Positions 1-19,721 of a DNA stretch of 64,000 nt are shown piece by piece (within the stretch, counting starts at the first letter, position 1; each line of letters begins with the position of its first letter). Both the position numbers and the translations under genes were made by a program. The stretch is from the NCBI RefSeq assembly GCF_009914755.1, contig NC_060931.1, one strand, 5' to 3'. The notes beneath the pieces were generated by a model that made no database searches, was not told the DNA's origin, and saw nothing but the letters and a program-made list of their open reading frames with translations. This DNA is from the human T2T-CHM13v2.0 reference genome, Homo sapiens.

Positions 1-307
1 GGTGAATTGCCCTTGATCCTTCCTACTCGTTCGTACTTAGGCTCCTGGAGAGAATTCAGAATGCAACAGAGAGAGGCTAGGGGATGCAGGAGAGAAGAAG
101 GAAGTTTTGCAATTTTGGTATACCTGGTCTAAGTGGGACCTGTGGCAGGCAGAGCAGACAGGAGGGGCTGGCTCGTGTGTGATTCTAAGGGGCGGGTGGA
201 ATGGGGGTAAGTAGCTTTTAGAGACCTGCACATTCATGTCCCTCATCCCAATACTCCTTTTCTGGGGCCATGTATTCATGGAGGCTGAGAATGATGCATA
301 CCTTCAA

Positions 308-622
<315 letters not shown>

Positions 623-764
623 TCCCAGCAGGGAAAGCAATGCCCCCAAGAGAGGAGAATAAAGGCCCTTTGCAAATAGCCATTTTCATTTTTGACCTGG
701 AATGGAAAAGCCACTCAGAGGCAACACAGCCAGTGTGTTAGTTTGCTGGGGCTGCCAGTACAAG

Positions 765-1127
765 TGTCAGTCCATTTGGGGTACAGTAACAAAAATGCCA
801 TAGACTAGGTAGCTTACAAATGCCAGAAATTTATTTCTCATGGTTCTGGAGGCTGGGAAGTCCAAGAGCACGGCACCAACAGATTTAGCATCTGATGAGG
901 GACGGGTTTCCGGTTCATAGACAGCAAATTCTTGCTGTGTCCTCACATAATGAAAAAGGCAAGGGTTCTCTCTCAGGTCTCTTTTATAAAGGCCGTAATC
1001 CCATTCATGAAGCCTCCACCCCCGTGACCTAATCACCTCCCAAAGGCCTCATCTCCTAATACCGTCACCTTGGGGTGCGAATTTCAGCATGAATTCTGGG
1101 GGTGACACAAACATTCAGGCCATAGCA
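765..1127 (-). mobile_element. MLT1A-like solo LTR nested in MLT1B/C
   Basis: TG...CA ends, internal AGAAATTTATTTCTCATGGTTCTGGAGGCTGGGAAGTCCAAGA, 5-bp TSD-like ACAAG/ACAAA. Confidence 0.8.
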
Positions 1128-1285
1128 ACAAAGTGCCACAGACTGGATGGCTTAAGCAACAGAAATTTATTTTCTTTTAGTTTTGGAGGCTGAAAGTCTG
1201 AGACCAAGACATCAGCAGGGTTGGTTTTGTTTTGTCTCATGTGGTCTTCCCTGTGTATTGTTCTATGTCCAAATTTCCTCTTCTT

Positions 1286-2031
1286 TTCTTTTTTTCTGAC
1301 TCATTGATTTTTTTTTTTTAACTTTTATTTTAGGCTCAGGGTTTGTTATATAGGTAAACTCATGTCATGGGAGTTTGTTGTACAGATTATTTCATCACCC
1401 AGGTATAAGCCTAGTACCCAATAGTTATTTTTTTCTGATCCTCTCCCTCCACTCACCCTCCACCCTAGAGTAGGCCCCAGTGCGTGTTGTTCCCCTCTTT
1501 GTGCCCATGTGTTCTCATTGTTTAGCTCTCACTTATAAGTGAGAACATGTGGTATTTGGTTTTCTGTTCCTGCATTAGTTTGCTAACGATGATGGCCTGC
1601 AGCTCCATCCATGTTCCTCTAAAGGACATGATCTCATTCTTTTTTATGGCTGCATAGTATTTCATGGTGTGTATGTACCACATTTTCTTTCTTTATCCTG
1701 TCATTGATGGGCATTTAGGTTGATTCCATGTCTTTGCTATTGTCAATAGTGCTGCAACAAACATATGTGTGCATGTGTCTTTATAATAGAACGATTTATA
1801 CTTCTTTGGGTATATACCCAGTAATGGGATTGCTGGGTCAAATGGCAGTTCTGTTTTTAGCTCTTTGAGGAATCACCACACTGCATTCCACAGTGGTTGA
1901 ACTAATTAACACTCCCACCAGCAATGTATCAGCGTTCCCTTTACTCCTCAACCTCACCAGCGTCTGTCATTTTTTTGACACTTTAATAATAGCCATTCTG
2001 ACTGGTATGAGATGGTTTCTCATTGTGGTTT
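1286..2031 (-). mobile_element. 5'-truncated L1 (older L1PA, L1PA13-16-like) 3' end
   Basis: L1 3'UTR and ORF2 end in antisense; perfect 16-bp TSD CAAATTTCCTCTTCTT at 1270-1285 and 2032-2047. Confidence 0.9.
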
Positions 2032-2588
2032 CAAATTTCCTCTTCTTATAGGGACCTTATTTTAACTCAATCACCAATTACCTCATTTTAACTTAATTAG
2101 CTCTTTAAAGACCCTATCTCCAAACATAGTCACATTTTGAGGTACTTGGGGTTTAGATTTCAACCTGTGCATTGTTGGTGGGAGGCACAGAATTTGGCCC
2201 ATAACAGCACTGTTGGGAGAGAGACAATAAGAAGAAGCCACAGAGACCCTGACAATTTAATGACAGCTGTACTTCTTGTCCCAGCAGGGCGTAGACCAGG
2301 GTTTGATTTCACACTCGGAAGTGGCTATGGGAAAACTCTTTGTGCAGTGGGAGGCTGGCAGAAATTGTCTCCATGGAGACCCACAGCTTCTTCTTAATTG
2401 GCCCTATTTTAAGTGGCACCTTCCTTGGTGGCTTGCCCTGGTGAAGCAGGTGGACTAGAGTGGGCTCATGGAGGGTCCTTGGATGCCTGACACTGTGTTA
2501 GGGGCAGAGGAGGATGTCCTGGCTTTTCCAGCTAGCAGGGGAAGGAAATCTCGCCACCAAAGCGAGAGACCAAGAAAAGGCTCCTATT

Positions 2589-2886
<298 letters not shown>

Positions 2887-2887
2887 C

Positions 2888-3210
2888 TATTATTGACTAA
2901 ATGTTTGTGTTTCCCCAAAATGTATATATTGAAACCCTAACCTTGATGTGATGGTATTAGGAGGCAGAGACTTTGGCAGGTGATTAGGTCATGAGGATGG
3001 AGCCCTCACAAATGGGATTAATGCCCTTATAAGAAACAGCCAGAGATCAACCCTATCTGCAACTGGGAAGAGAGTCCTCATCAGAACATGGCCATGCTAG
3101 CCTTCTGATCCTGGACTTCCAGACTTCAAGACTGTGAGAAACACATCTCTGTTGTTTATAAGCCACCTAGTCTATGATGTTCTTGTTACAGCAGTGTGAA
3201 CTGGCTAAGG
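2888..3210 (+). mobile_element. MLT1A-like MaLR solo LTR
   Basis: GACTAAATGTTTGTGT...GGTGATTAGGTCATGAGG...TTGTTTATAAGCCACCTAGTCTATG motifs. Confidence 0.8.
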
Positions 3211-4199
3211 CAGGTCCTCTGGGTGATGCTGTGAGTTCAAGACCTCAGAAGAAGGAGAGAGAAATGGGGACAGGAGTTCTTGTGGGGGGGGACTTGGCTT
3301 GGCCTTGGCAATGAGAGGCTGTGGATAGCTGCAAGGAGAGAAGAGGGGTGTTCCGGGAATTGCACAAGTAACTGTGTGGACATAGTGAAAATGGACATGT
3401 CCATAGATATAGGGAGATAATTTTTCCATCAACCTTTTACTTGCAACGTGAGTTTCCACAGCTCTCATGGCTTTCAAAGTCTCTCCAGCTCTTGCTGGTG
3501 TATGACCTGCAGATGTGGGAGCTCAAGTTCCCTGCAAAGCACTTCTCCCCATGTGGTTCTGGAGCCCTCAGGGGTATCTCACATGGGCTCATAAATATGG
3601 TCTTGACAGGCCTGGCCACTGCTCACTGTCCCTCGCTGGGCACTGCCACGTTGCCTGGGATACATCCCCACGGAGACCTACTGGGCATAGAGGCTCCGCA
3701 GGCTCTGTGGCTTCTCCATCAATAGCTGGCCATGCAGCTCCACCCTGCTCTGCCTCTTGCTTCATGGCCCAGAGCAGTGGGATGTCATGAGGTGTGGTGA
3801 GGGTTGCAGAACACCCCCTATTTTCTTCATGACCCTCTGGTAGTGGGTGAGGGTCACCATAAGATGAGGCTGGTGCTCCAAGGTCATAGCAGAATTTCAT
3901 AGAAACAACTCATTTGGGTTTTATGGAGATCTGCTTTGCCTGCAGAAGACTCAGATGTGACTTTGCAGGACCAGCTGGGTTCTGTGTCACACGGCCACCA
4001 TGCCACCCTCTGAGTTATGGCTTCCTTCTGCAGACTCAAGCTCATTGTGCTGGGAGCATTCCTCTCCCAGTGCAAATAGGGCCTCGGCGGACCTACCCAT
4101 GTTTACGATGCCCTAGACACGCATGATATTATCTTACGTCAGGGAATTTGATTTGCACTGCACTTGGAGCATAACCAAGTTCAGAGGAGGAAAAGACCG

Positions 4200-4305
4200 G
4201 GGAACCCATTCTTGATTTTGCCACTCAGATGCTAGGTGACCTTGGGTAGGATAGTTGACCTCTCTGGTCTTGAGTTTTCTCATCTGTAAAGTGAGTGTGC
4301 TAGGC
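4200..4305 (+). mobile_element. MIR fragment
   Basis: MIR core GTGACCTTGGG...ACCTCTCTG...TTTTCTCATCTGTAAA. Confidence 0.6.
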
Positions 4306-4324
4306 TAGATAGATAAAGTTTCTT

Positions 4325-4653
<329 letters not shown>

Positions 4654-4779
4654 TAGCATATGTCAGTCTATGCACCAATAGATTAAATTGTTACAGGGTT
4701 AGAGAGCACATTTCTCAAGGTACAGAGGTCTCTCTAAGGTGGCTTTCCATCTGTGTCTTCTGCTAGGCTCTTTGATCCC

Positions 4780-5045
4780 ATCCATCTGTCACCCTTTCTC
4801 TCCTTCCTTCTCATTAAACTTCTGGAAAGCATTGTCCACACTTCTCCTCTTTTTCTCATCTCCCACCCACAACTCAGCCTGCTACAATCTGGTTTCTTCT
4901 TACTATGACCTACCAAGAGTGTCTCCACCGAGACCTCCAATGGCCTCGTTATTGTTAAATCCCAAGAGTAATGTTCTGTCCTTATCTTATTTAGTCTCTT
5001 GGGACCATTTGTTACCACTGGCCACTCCATTATGGAAACTCTTTC
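4780..5045 (+). mobile_element. L2 fragment
   Basis: Degenerate L2 RT-region motifs (AATCTGGTTTC...CCAATGGCCTC...AAATCC...GTCCTTATCTTA). Confidence 0.5.
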
Positions 5046-5381
5046 CAGTACCTGGGGTTAAAGTTTAGGGAAGAGGGAAACGGCATTTTGTGAAGAAACA
5101 GAGGGTCTAGGGAAGCAAATTTTTCTCATCACAAAAACTCCAGAGATTGGGAGGGTGGGTCATTAGGAGAAGGACCCTGGGTAGGGGTGGGTGGTGGGGG
5201 AGGCTGGCATGTGGGCTGTGGTCAAGGATGGCAAAGACGTAGAGAATGGCAGAAACAGCCGGCCACAAACTTCAGAAGGGCTCTCGAGCTCAGCCTAGCG
5301 GGAAGCCTGAATCAGGCAATAATTTGAGTGGTTGGTAATGTCTGTCTGAGTTCTGCTGATAAACTTGGTAAAAAGTGGTTA

Positions 5382-5692
<311 letters not shown>

Positions 5693-5711
5693 GATTGGTT
5701 AGGGGGTGGGG

Positions 5712-6662
<951 letters not shown>

Positions 6663-6737
6663 GAGACATGAGGGTGGGGGGGTGGGGGATGGTTAGGTTT
6701 GATAGTTGTCAACCAGTGGCAGAAATAGCAGGAGAGT

Positions 6738-7511
<774 letters not shown>

Positions 7512-7604
7512 AGAAATAGCAAGAGATTTCCATGAGCCAGGATGGCTCAGAACCTGTGAGGGGCTGTTAGTATCTCCATTTTAGAAATGAAAAATGATCC
7601 TCTT

Positions 7605-7975
7605 GGGAGATGAGTTGGGAGGATCACTTGAGGCCAAGAGTTCAAGACCAGCTTGGACAATGTAGTGAGAGACAATCTCTACAAACACACACAAAATAGC
7701 CAGGTGAAGTGGCTCACACCTGTAATCACAGGACTTTAGGAGGCTGAGGCAGGAGTATCACTTGGTGTCAGGAGTTCAAGACCCTCTCTGGCAACATAGT
7801 GTGACCCTGTTTCTACAAAAAATAATAAAAAACAAAATAGCCAGGCATGGTGGCACATGCCTGTAGTCTCAGGCTACAGGCCTGGGAAGGCTGCAGTGGG
7901 AGGATTGCTTGAGGCCAGGAGTTTGAGATCAGCCTGGGCAACATAGCAAGACTCCGTTTCTAAAAAAGAAAAAGT
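7605..7975 (+). mobile_element. Tandem array of three old Alu left-type monomers (FLAM/AluJ-like)
   Basis: Three successive GGA(G/T)...CTTG..G.CA.GAGTT...GA.C..CT.G.CAA.. units; AATGAAAAATG on both flanks. Confidence 0.75.
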
Positions 7976-8190
7976 AATGAAAAATGGCAACAGTGGAGTG
8001 GGTGTCTGAAGTCAGTGGTGCTGGACTCCACAACCCATGTTCTTTCTGATCCATCCTCCAGCCTTCCACAGGCCATGTGTCCAACACTGGTACTACTTGG
8101 TGGTTGTGAAACTTACAGCGACCCTCCAAACTATATGGCAACTATTTGATTACATGCCTCTAACCTGCTACGGTGTGGGCTACTCTAGAA

Positions 8191-8703
8191 CAGCGGTCCC
8201 CAAACTTTCTGGCACCTGGGACTAATTTCGTGGAAGACAATTTTCTACAGACTGGGAGGGGGATGGTTTTGGGATGATTCAAGTGCATTCCATTTATTGT
8301 GTACTTTATTTCTCTTATTATTAGATTGTAATACATAATGAAATAATTCTACAACTCACCATCATGTAGAATCAGTGGGGAGCCCCTAGTTTGTTTTCCT
8401 GCAACTAGACAGTCCTATCTGGGGGTGATGGGAGACAGTGACAGATCATCAGGCATTAGATTCTCATAAGGAGCATCGCATGCACAGTTCACTATAGGGT
8501 TCGTGTTCCTATGAGAATCTAACGCTACCAGTGATCTGACAGGAGGCGAGGCTCAGGCGGTAACATGAGCGATGGGGAGTGGCTGTAAATACAGATGAAG
8601 CTTTGCTTGCTCAGTGGCTGCTCAGCTCCTGCTTTACAGCCCGGCTCCTATCAGGCCACAGACTCAGTACTGGTCCATAGCCTGGGGGTTGGGGACCTCC
8701 CTG
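8191..8703 (-). mobile_element. MER1A hAT-Charlie DNA transposon fossil
   Basis: CAG..GTCCCCAA TIRs, ~513 bp, perfect 8-bp TSD CTCTAGAA (8183-8190; 8704-8711). Confidence 0.9.
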
Positions 8704-9493
8704 CTCTAGAATGAGCCCTGGAATCCTTGGTAGTAAGTGCAGGCTGACCCAGTGCCTGGCATGGGGGACATGTTAGGGAAATGCTTGTAGAACAGAAAAA
8801 AGGAAGGAATTGCTAAAATCAACCTGTGCTAGCTAGAAACTGAGGATGTCCATCAAGGAGAAGAGCAAGGAAGGCAATAAGGTATCTGGGGTGTTTTTAC
8901 TCCAAGCCATTTCTTCCTGTGCATAATGTTTTTTGAAGCCCAGCCAACACTCTCCTAGAGCCTGTAGCTGCCCCGTACGGAAGGTTGATGGCTTGCAGAG
9001 CTGTGTGCAGATCCTAGTGGGATCTGATTCAGTGCAGGCGTCTCTGTCATTGGACACCCACAGCCAGCTGCCCATGGATTCCGGCAGATGCTCCTGTTTT
9101 CCGTGCCAGCGGGAGGCTTTGTGTGCTTGTCTTCGGTGCACATCTGTGGCAATGAGCCAAATAATGAAAGCCAGGGAGAAATGACCAGAAGAAAGCGGTG
9201 TGATCAAAATTCACAGCTTCAGTTGGAGCTCTCAGGAATGAGAGAAGAGCAGATTATTGACGATTTTGTTCAAGAAAGCCGGGTCCAGTGCTTTTAAAAG
9301 CAGCCTACGGTCAAGAGGGCTTGGAGCAGTACCCTGGTGAGCCCACAAAGTGATTCACTGAAGTCAGAGAATTTCACAGGGGTCTGAAAGTCATCTAAAT
9401 GAAACATTGTCATATTGCAGATGTGGAAAGTGATACTTACAGAGGAGGGTAAACTGCTTTAAGTAGGACTGTGTCAGTCATCTGTGAGAATTA

Positions 9494-9844
<351 letters not shown>

Positions 9845-10309
9845 TCATTTAGTGGAACTGAGGCTCCTAGAGGTACCTAGGTTCACCCCAGATCCCACCC
9901 TGGCAGGAGAGCTGAGCTGGAACCATGGACTGCAGACCCTGACTCACCCTTTCCCTGTTAATCCAGATATTTATAGGGCCACATGTGCCTCTCGGCAGAC
10001 TGGTAGCATCTGTTGTAGGTGCTGAAGTTTTTATGTGTTTTAGGTCCCCCCAGGAGACAGCTTTAACATAAATCAAAGCTTTTCAGCATTTGTGAAGTGA
10101 GGAAAAGGCTGGCAGAGGCCACTTTCTTGACCATAAACCCTGTAAGTGCCCAAAACTCGCGTTTGGCAAAGGTGTAGCAATGGGACTTTGTCTTCAGGGC
10201 TCTCTTGCCATCTCCTAGGTGCCTCTCCCCATCTCTTAGGCCCTGGCCCTCTGGCTGACCAAGCCCCCTCAATTCCCCTATTTCCCAGTCTGGCTTATGT
10301 TGCCATTTT

Positions 10310-10778
<469 letters not shown>

Positions 10779-10782
10779 GCCA

Positions 10783-11220
<438 letters not shown>

Positions 11221-11925
11221 TGAAGACTTTTTTTCAAAGTTTTTATTCCTACTTTTTAAAAATATATTTTTAAAAATTTTCAGGGTATATGTGATAATTT
11301 AATACATTCATATAATTTGTAAAAATCAAATCAGTGTAATTGGGATGTTCGTCACCTTAAATATTTGTCTTTATGCTAGATATACTTCAATTATTGTCTT
11401 CTAGTTATTTTGAAATATAAAATAGATGATTGTATACAATAGTCATACTTATCATCTATCAGATGCTAGATCTTATTTTTTCAATCAAACCGTATATTTG
11501 GACCCATTACTCAACCTCTCTTCATAGCCCCCTGAAGATTTTCTCGTTTCTTTTCTCCTACAAGTTTTAGTACTTTGTGTTTTACATTTAAGTCTTTGAT
11601 CTATTTTGAGTTTTTTTAAATCAGATGTGAGGTTTAGGTTAAGGTTTATTTTTTTTGCTGATGGAAATCCAATATCTCCAGCACCATTTGTTGAAGAGAA
11701 TATCCTTCCTTCATTGAATGGCTTTTACATCTTTGTCAAAAATCAGTGGGCTGTACTTGTGTAGTACTGTTTCTGAATTCTCTGTTCTGTTCCATTGATT
11801 TATGAATCTGTCCTCCCCCAGTATCACAGCCTTGATCATTATAGCCATAGAATAAGTCTGGAAATTAGGTAGACTAATTCTTCCCATTTTATCTTTCTTT
11901 CTCCGAGTTGTTTGAGCTATTCTAA

Positions 11926-12259
<334 letters not shown>

Positions 12260-12676
12260 CCATGTATACTTTATAATAAGCTTGTCTTTATCTGTAAGAA
12301 ACCCTGCTGGGTCTTGATAAGAATTGCATTAAATGTTTAAATAAATTTGGGGAGAACTAATATCTTTATTGTGTTGAGTCTTCCAATCCATAAACACATC
12401 TTTCCATTTATTTATATTTTCTTTTTTTCTTTCATCAACATTTTGCAATTTTTTGCATACAAGTTCTGTACATCTTTCAGATTTATATTTAAGTATGTCA
12501 CTTTTGGGAGCAAATTGTAAATGGTATTGTATGCTTAATTTCAGTTTCCTTGTGTTCATGGTTAGTATATAGAAATATAACTACTATCTGTATGTTGATT
12601 ATATATTCTATGTCCTTGATGAAGTCATTAGTTCTGGGTGGTTTTTTTTTTTTTTTAATTTTGGTATATTGCTTAG

Positions 12677-13108
<432 letters not shown>

Positions 13109-13502
13109 CCTTATTTTCCTTTCTTGTTGTGATGGCTAGGACTTCTAGCACAAAGGAGAGTGGTTAGAACAACCATTCTTAACTTTGTTTTCAATTTTAG
13201 GGAAACAACATTGCTTTGGTAAAATACATGGTCTTTTACCATTAAGTATGATATTCACTGTAGGTTTTTTGCAGACATTCTTTATCAAGTCAAGGAAGTT
13301 CCTCTCTATTTCTGGTTTGCTGAGAGTCTTTATTATAAATGGGTGTTGGGTTTTGTCAAATGGTTTTTCTGCATCTATTGATATCATCCTATGGTTTTAT
13401 TTCTTTAGCCTGTTAATATGTTAGGTTACATTGATTGATTTGTAAAGAAACATCTTTGTATCCCTCCTGGACTAAACTTGACTTGGTTATGGTATATAAT
13501 TC

Positions 13503-13807
13503 TTTTTTTTTTTTTTTTTTTTTTTGATATAGAGTTTTGCTCCATTACCCAAGCTGGAGTGCAGTGGTGTGATCTTGGCTCACTGCAACCTCTGTCTCCT
13601 GAGTTCAAGCGATTCTCCTGCCTTAGTCTCCTGAGTAACCGGGATTACAGACACCTGCCACCATGCCCGGCTAATTTTTGTATTTTTAATAGAGATGGGG
13701 TTTCGCTATGTTGGCCAGGCTGGTCTTGAACTCTTGACCTCAGGCGATCCACCCACCTTGGCCTCCTAAAGTGCTGGGATTGCAGGCATGAGCCACTGCA
13801 CCCAGCC
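13503..13807 (-). mobile_element. Alu
   Basis: Antisense dimer; TSD GGTTAT(G/A)GTATATAATTCTTTT. Confidence 0.95.
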
Positions 13808-14111
13808 GGTTATAGTATATAATTCTTTTTATATATTGCTGACCTCTATTTGCTAATATTTTGTTAAGGATTTTTGCCTCCATAATCTTGAGAAATATCA
13901 GTCTGTAGTTTTCTTTCTTTGTACTTTGTAGCTGTATTTAGTCAGAGGAATAGATAGAAGTGTGTCTACTCCATCTTATCCAGAACCGGAGGTACTTAGG
14001 GAGCTTTTAAAAGATTCTGATATCCAGGCCATATGCCAGATTGACTAAATCAGAATCTTTGGAGGTGAGACCCTAGATGCTAGTATTGTTTTTAAGACTA
14101 TATAGTATGGC

Positions 14112-14363
<252 letters not shown>

Positions 14364-14471
14364 AATGATGTAGTACTTCTAATGTGCAGCCATTTTTGAG
14401 AATCATTTTGAGAATCAGGAAGACTTTAATTCTTGAGAATCAAGAGACTTTTTGAGAATCAAGAAATTCCC

Positions 14472-14652
14472 ACTGGGGCCTGTCGGGGGTTGTGGTCAGG
14501 GGAGGGAGAGCATCAGGAATAATAGCTAATGCCTGCTGGATTTAATACCTAGGTGATGGGTTGATAGATGCAGCAAACCACCATGGCACATGTTTACCTA
14601 TGTAACAAACCATATCCTGCACATATACCCTGGAACTTAAAAATAAAAAAAT
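14472..14652 (+). mobile_element. L1PA 3' end (short)
   Basis: ACCTAGGTGATGGGTTGATAG..GCAGCAAACCACCATGGCACATGTTTACCTATGTAACAAACC plus A tail. Confidence 0.9.
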
Positions 14653-15309
14653 AAATTTTGTGTGATGTGAATTCACATGGAATTGACATCAGCCAATCAT
14701 TCACATCCATTTGAATGATTGACGGATAGTCCATTTGTATTCATTAGTATCTCAGCTGATAGTTTACAATAAGGTACTCAATGAAGGGACCACTTCTAGA
14801 GCAGTGGGCAGAGTCAAGGGAACCCACAAAAGATGGGGAGGCACTCAGGGACTAGCAATATCTGGAAGCTCTTACTACCCCTAGGTCTAAAGGGGCAGGA
14901 TGGAATGGGGTTCCTGGAGTCTGGTGAGAGCTGTTATTGCGATGCCAGAACATGGCTATGAAGCAGGGAAGGAGAAGAGACGCACTGCAGCCTTTCCCTG
15001 TTCCTGTCATCTGATTTCCCACCCCTGTCTCCTATTTGCCCAAAGCTGGATGACATAGGAGTCTAAGAGATATTGTCCAGGTTGGCAGCACCCCCCAGAA
15101 GAGGAGAAGAGCCAGAGAAGAGCAAAAAGTGGATCTGGGGTGCAATGCACCTTTCCTAAATATCTGAATTTTAACCCAAACAGATTTTGAATGGGAGAAA
15201 TAGAGGCCATGGAGATGGGCAGGTGGGAGGATATTCTGGCAGAGTGGCATTCTGAGTGGGGCTCAACTAACATGAAGCATGGTGTCCCGCCATCATCAAA
15301 GTGGGGCAA

Positions 15310-15750
<441 letters not shown>

Positions 15751-15883
15751 AGAAATTTGCACATCAGCAAATATGGCAGGAAGCATTTTGAGAATGGAGG
15801 CAGTTGTCTTAGCCAGGTTGGTTAAGGGAGGGATGAAAGGAAGATATGGTTGTTCCACAATACGAAAAAATAAATACTGCTGG

Positions 15884-16298
<415 letters not shown>

Positions 16299-16426
16299 TC
16301 AACCCTTCCTCTTCCTCCTCTTCCTCAGGCTAGTCAATGTGAAGATGATGAGGATGACAACCTTTATGATGATCCGCTCCCACTGAATGAACAGTAAATA
16401 TATTTTTTCTTCCTTATGATTTTCTT

Positions 16427-16735
<309 letters not shown>

Positions 16736-16764
16736 TGATTTTCTTAATAATATTTCCTTTTCTC

Positions 16765-17084
<320 letters not shown>

Positions 17085-17430
17085 TTATTGTAAGAATACA
17101 GCCTATAATACATATGCCATGCGAAATATGTCTTAATTGCCTGTTCGTGTTTACCAGTAAGTCTTTCTGTAAATAGTAGGTTGTTAGTAGTTAAGTTTTG
17201 GAGGAGACAAACGTTATACTCTGATTTTCAACTGCATGGGGGGTTGGCACCCCAACTCTACCTTGTTCAAGGGTGAACTGTAACAATATGGAGAGAATTC
17301 CTTTCCTGCTCGCAGCCCTATGACCCCAGCTCACATGTCTAGTTATCTTTCGGCAGTGTCCTGATGCTCTGGGCCAGCTCATTGGCTGGCTCAGTGTTTT
17401 GCTGCAGAGCCCTTTAGAAATACATATTCC

Positions 17431-17810
17431 TTACTATGCAGCCATAAAAAAGAATGAGTTCATGTCCTTTGCAGGGACATGGATGAAGCTAGAAACCATC
17501 ATTCTCAGCAAACTAACACAGGAAGAGAAAACCATTAAGTTCTCACTCATAAGTAGGAGTTGAACAATGAGAACACATGGACACAGGAAGGGGAACATCA
17601 CGCACCAGGGCCTTTCAGGGGGTGGGGGGCAAGGGGAGGGAGAGCATTAGGCCAATACCTAATGCATGATGCATGCAGAGCTTAAAACCTAGATGATGGG
17701 TTGATAGGCTGAGCAAACCATGATGGCACATGTATACCTATGTAACAAACCTGCACATTCTGCACATGTATCCCAGAATTTAAGTAAAAAAAAAAAAAAG
17801 AAAGAAAAAA
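17431..17810 (+). mobile_element. L1PA 3' end (L1PA7/8-like)
   Basis: ACTATGCAGCCATAAAAAAGAATGAGTTCATGTCCTTTGCAGGGACATGG; TSD AGAAATACA(T/G)ATTCCT. Confidence 0.9.
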
Positions 17811-17934
17811 GAAATACAGATTCCTGGGCCCCTTCTCAGAATATGTGAGCCTGGGGCCTGGCCAGGCATCTGCATATTCAGAGTATTTCCTGGTGTTTCT
17901 TATGTGGGGCTTGGTTGGAACAGCAGCTAGCTAG

Positions 17935-18313
<379 letters not shown>

Positions 18314-18329
18314 CACAATAGGCATCCTT

Positions 18330-18510
18330 TTATTTTATCTTCAAACAACCCTATGAGTGGATGCTGCTGCTCCCAGTTGGAAACAGAAGAGGCCAAGGAA
18401 GAGGGAAGGGCTGACTTGCTTAAGGTCACATAACTGGCAGAGAATGGATTGAGGTTTTCAACCCAGGCCTCCCAGATCCACTTTGCAATGCATTGTTCTG
18501 GCTACTGGCT
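18330..18510 (-). mobile_element. MIR
   Basis: AACAACCCTATGAG...GGAAACAGA.GAGG...GACTTGC..AAGGTCACA...AACCCAGG. Confidence 0.65.
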
Positions 18511-19721
18511 CCTCTGCCCCCACCCCTTTTCCCTACTGCCTGCCTGGCTGAAAGATGTTTGTCCTGTTCTGTCAAACTCAGGCCCTCTGCTCTCTTGAAA
18601 CAAGCAATTGACAGGAAGACAGTCTTCCTCGGAGGGTCATAACTACACAGCAAGAAGCAAAGTGGCCCCTCAGGAATATGCTCTGTTCACGGGGAACTTT
18701 CCTTCTTATGAATTCTGCTATTAGCACTTTAAGGGAGTTTTACTCTGGGGGGAGATTTGTTATGAAGCAGATCTTCCCTGGAATAGATCTTCTTCCCCTA
18801 CGCTGCCACGTTGCTGGGAGAGTACACGCTACTCCTCGGCTATTTGTCTTCCCTGGCTCGGCTCTCCTCCTCTGTCTGGGGCCCCACATGCTCTTTCCAT
18901 GGAGTCACCAGTCTGCAGGTTGAACAAAGAACTGCTGCAGACAGAGCAGAAACAGGAGCAGGGTGCCAGGGGGACGTGTCTTCAACTTGGGATGGGCAAA
19001 AGGGGCCCGAGGTTCTCCCTCGCTAATCAACCCTGGCCATAACCCCATCTCCTCCTCTCATTCCTCTTTCTGTTTCCTAGGACTTAGTGAAGGTGGGGCA
19101 GGGGAGGCTGGGGAGGAAAAGCAGGGGGAGAGAAGGAGGAGATATTAAACAGCTTCGGCTAGGAGCTGTCTCTCCTCCATTCCCACCTGGACCTGCCAGT
19201 CACTCCTTTCCATCCCCACAAGCTCCCTTTGTGCTCCCTGTCCATGTCACCGGACTTAGACACAGACTCTCAGATACCAGCAGTGTGACCTACAATTCAG
19301 TTCAATTCTGACACTCACTACCTGGAGTCAGCACAGAACCCCCAAATAAAGGGCTCAGCCCATGTGACTGCCCCCATGTCAGACATCAGCTGCAAGTCTT
19401 GGGCACCCCCAGGTGACTCCTACTTCTGCCTGGTCAGATACAAATTTAAGGTTCCCACAACTCCTTCTTAGGGTTGATAATTTGCTAAAATGGCTGTGGA
19501 ACTCAGGAATGTGCTATGCTTATGATTACAGTTTTATAATGAAAGATACAGCTCAGGAACAGCCAAATGGAAGAGATGCAGAGGCAAGGGAGGGGGCATA
19601 GAACTTCTGTGCCTTCTCCTGCAGTGCCGTCTTCCTAGCGCGTGGGATGTTCACTAAGCTGGAAGCTCCCTGAGCCTCGTAGTTCCTGAGTTTTTATTTG
19701 GGGCTCCATTCTGTAGGCATG

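Larger units (their letters stand above)
734..2207 (-). mobile_element. MaLR LTR (MLT1B/C-like), interrupted by an MLT1A-like LTR and an L1 3' end
   Basis: Pieces at 734-764, 1128-1285 and 2032-2207 read contiguously as an MLT1 LTR (AGAAATTTATT...GGAGGCTG; AAAGACCCTATCTCCAAACATAGTCACATT). Confidence 0.75.

Noticed and set aside
3881-3941. Weak ~25-bp imperfect hairpin (3 G:U-compatible transitions on +)
   Set aside because: About 75% complementarity with bulges could arise by chance, so it was excluded from the G:U tally.
8830-9330. Possible exon in unique DNA with overlapping ORFs
   Set aside because: No recognisable protein similarity and no convincing acceptor/donor pair.
13145-13387. 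Reverse-transcriptase-like ORF
   Set aside because: Fragment of a decayed L1 ORF2 broken by stops and Alu insertions; not a functional gene or a novel RT system.
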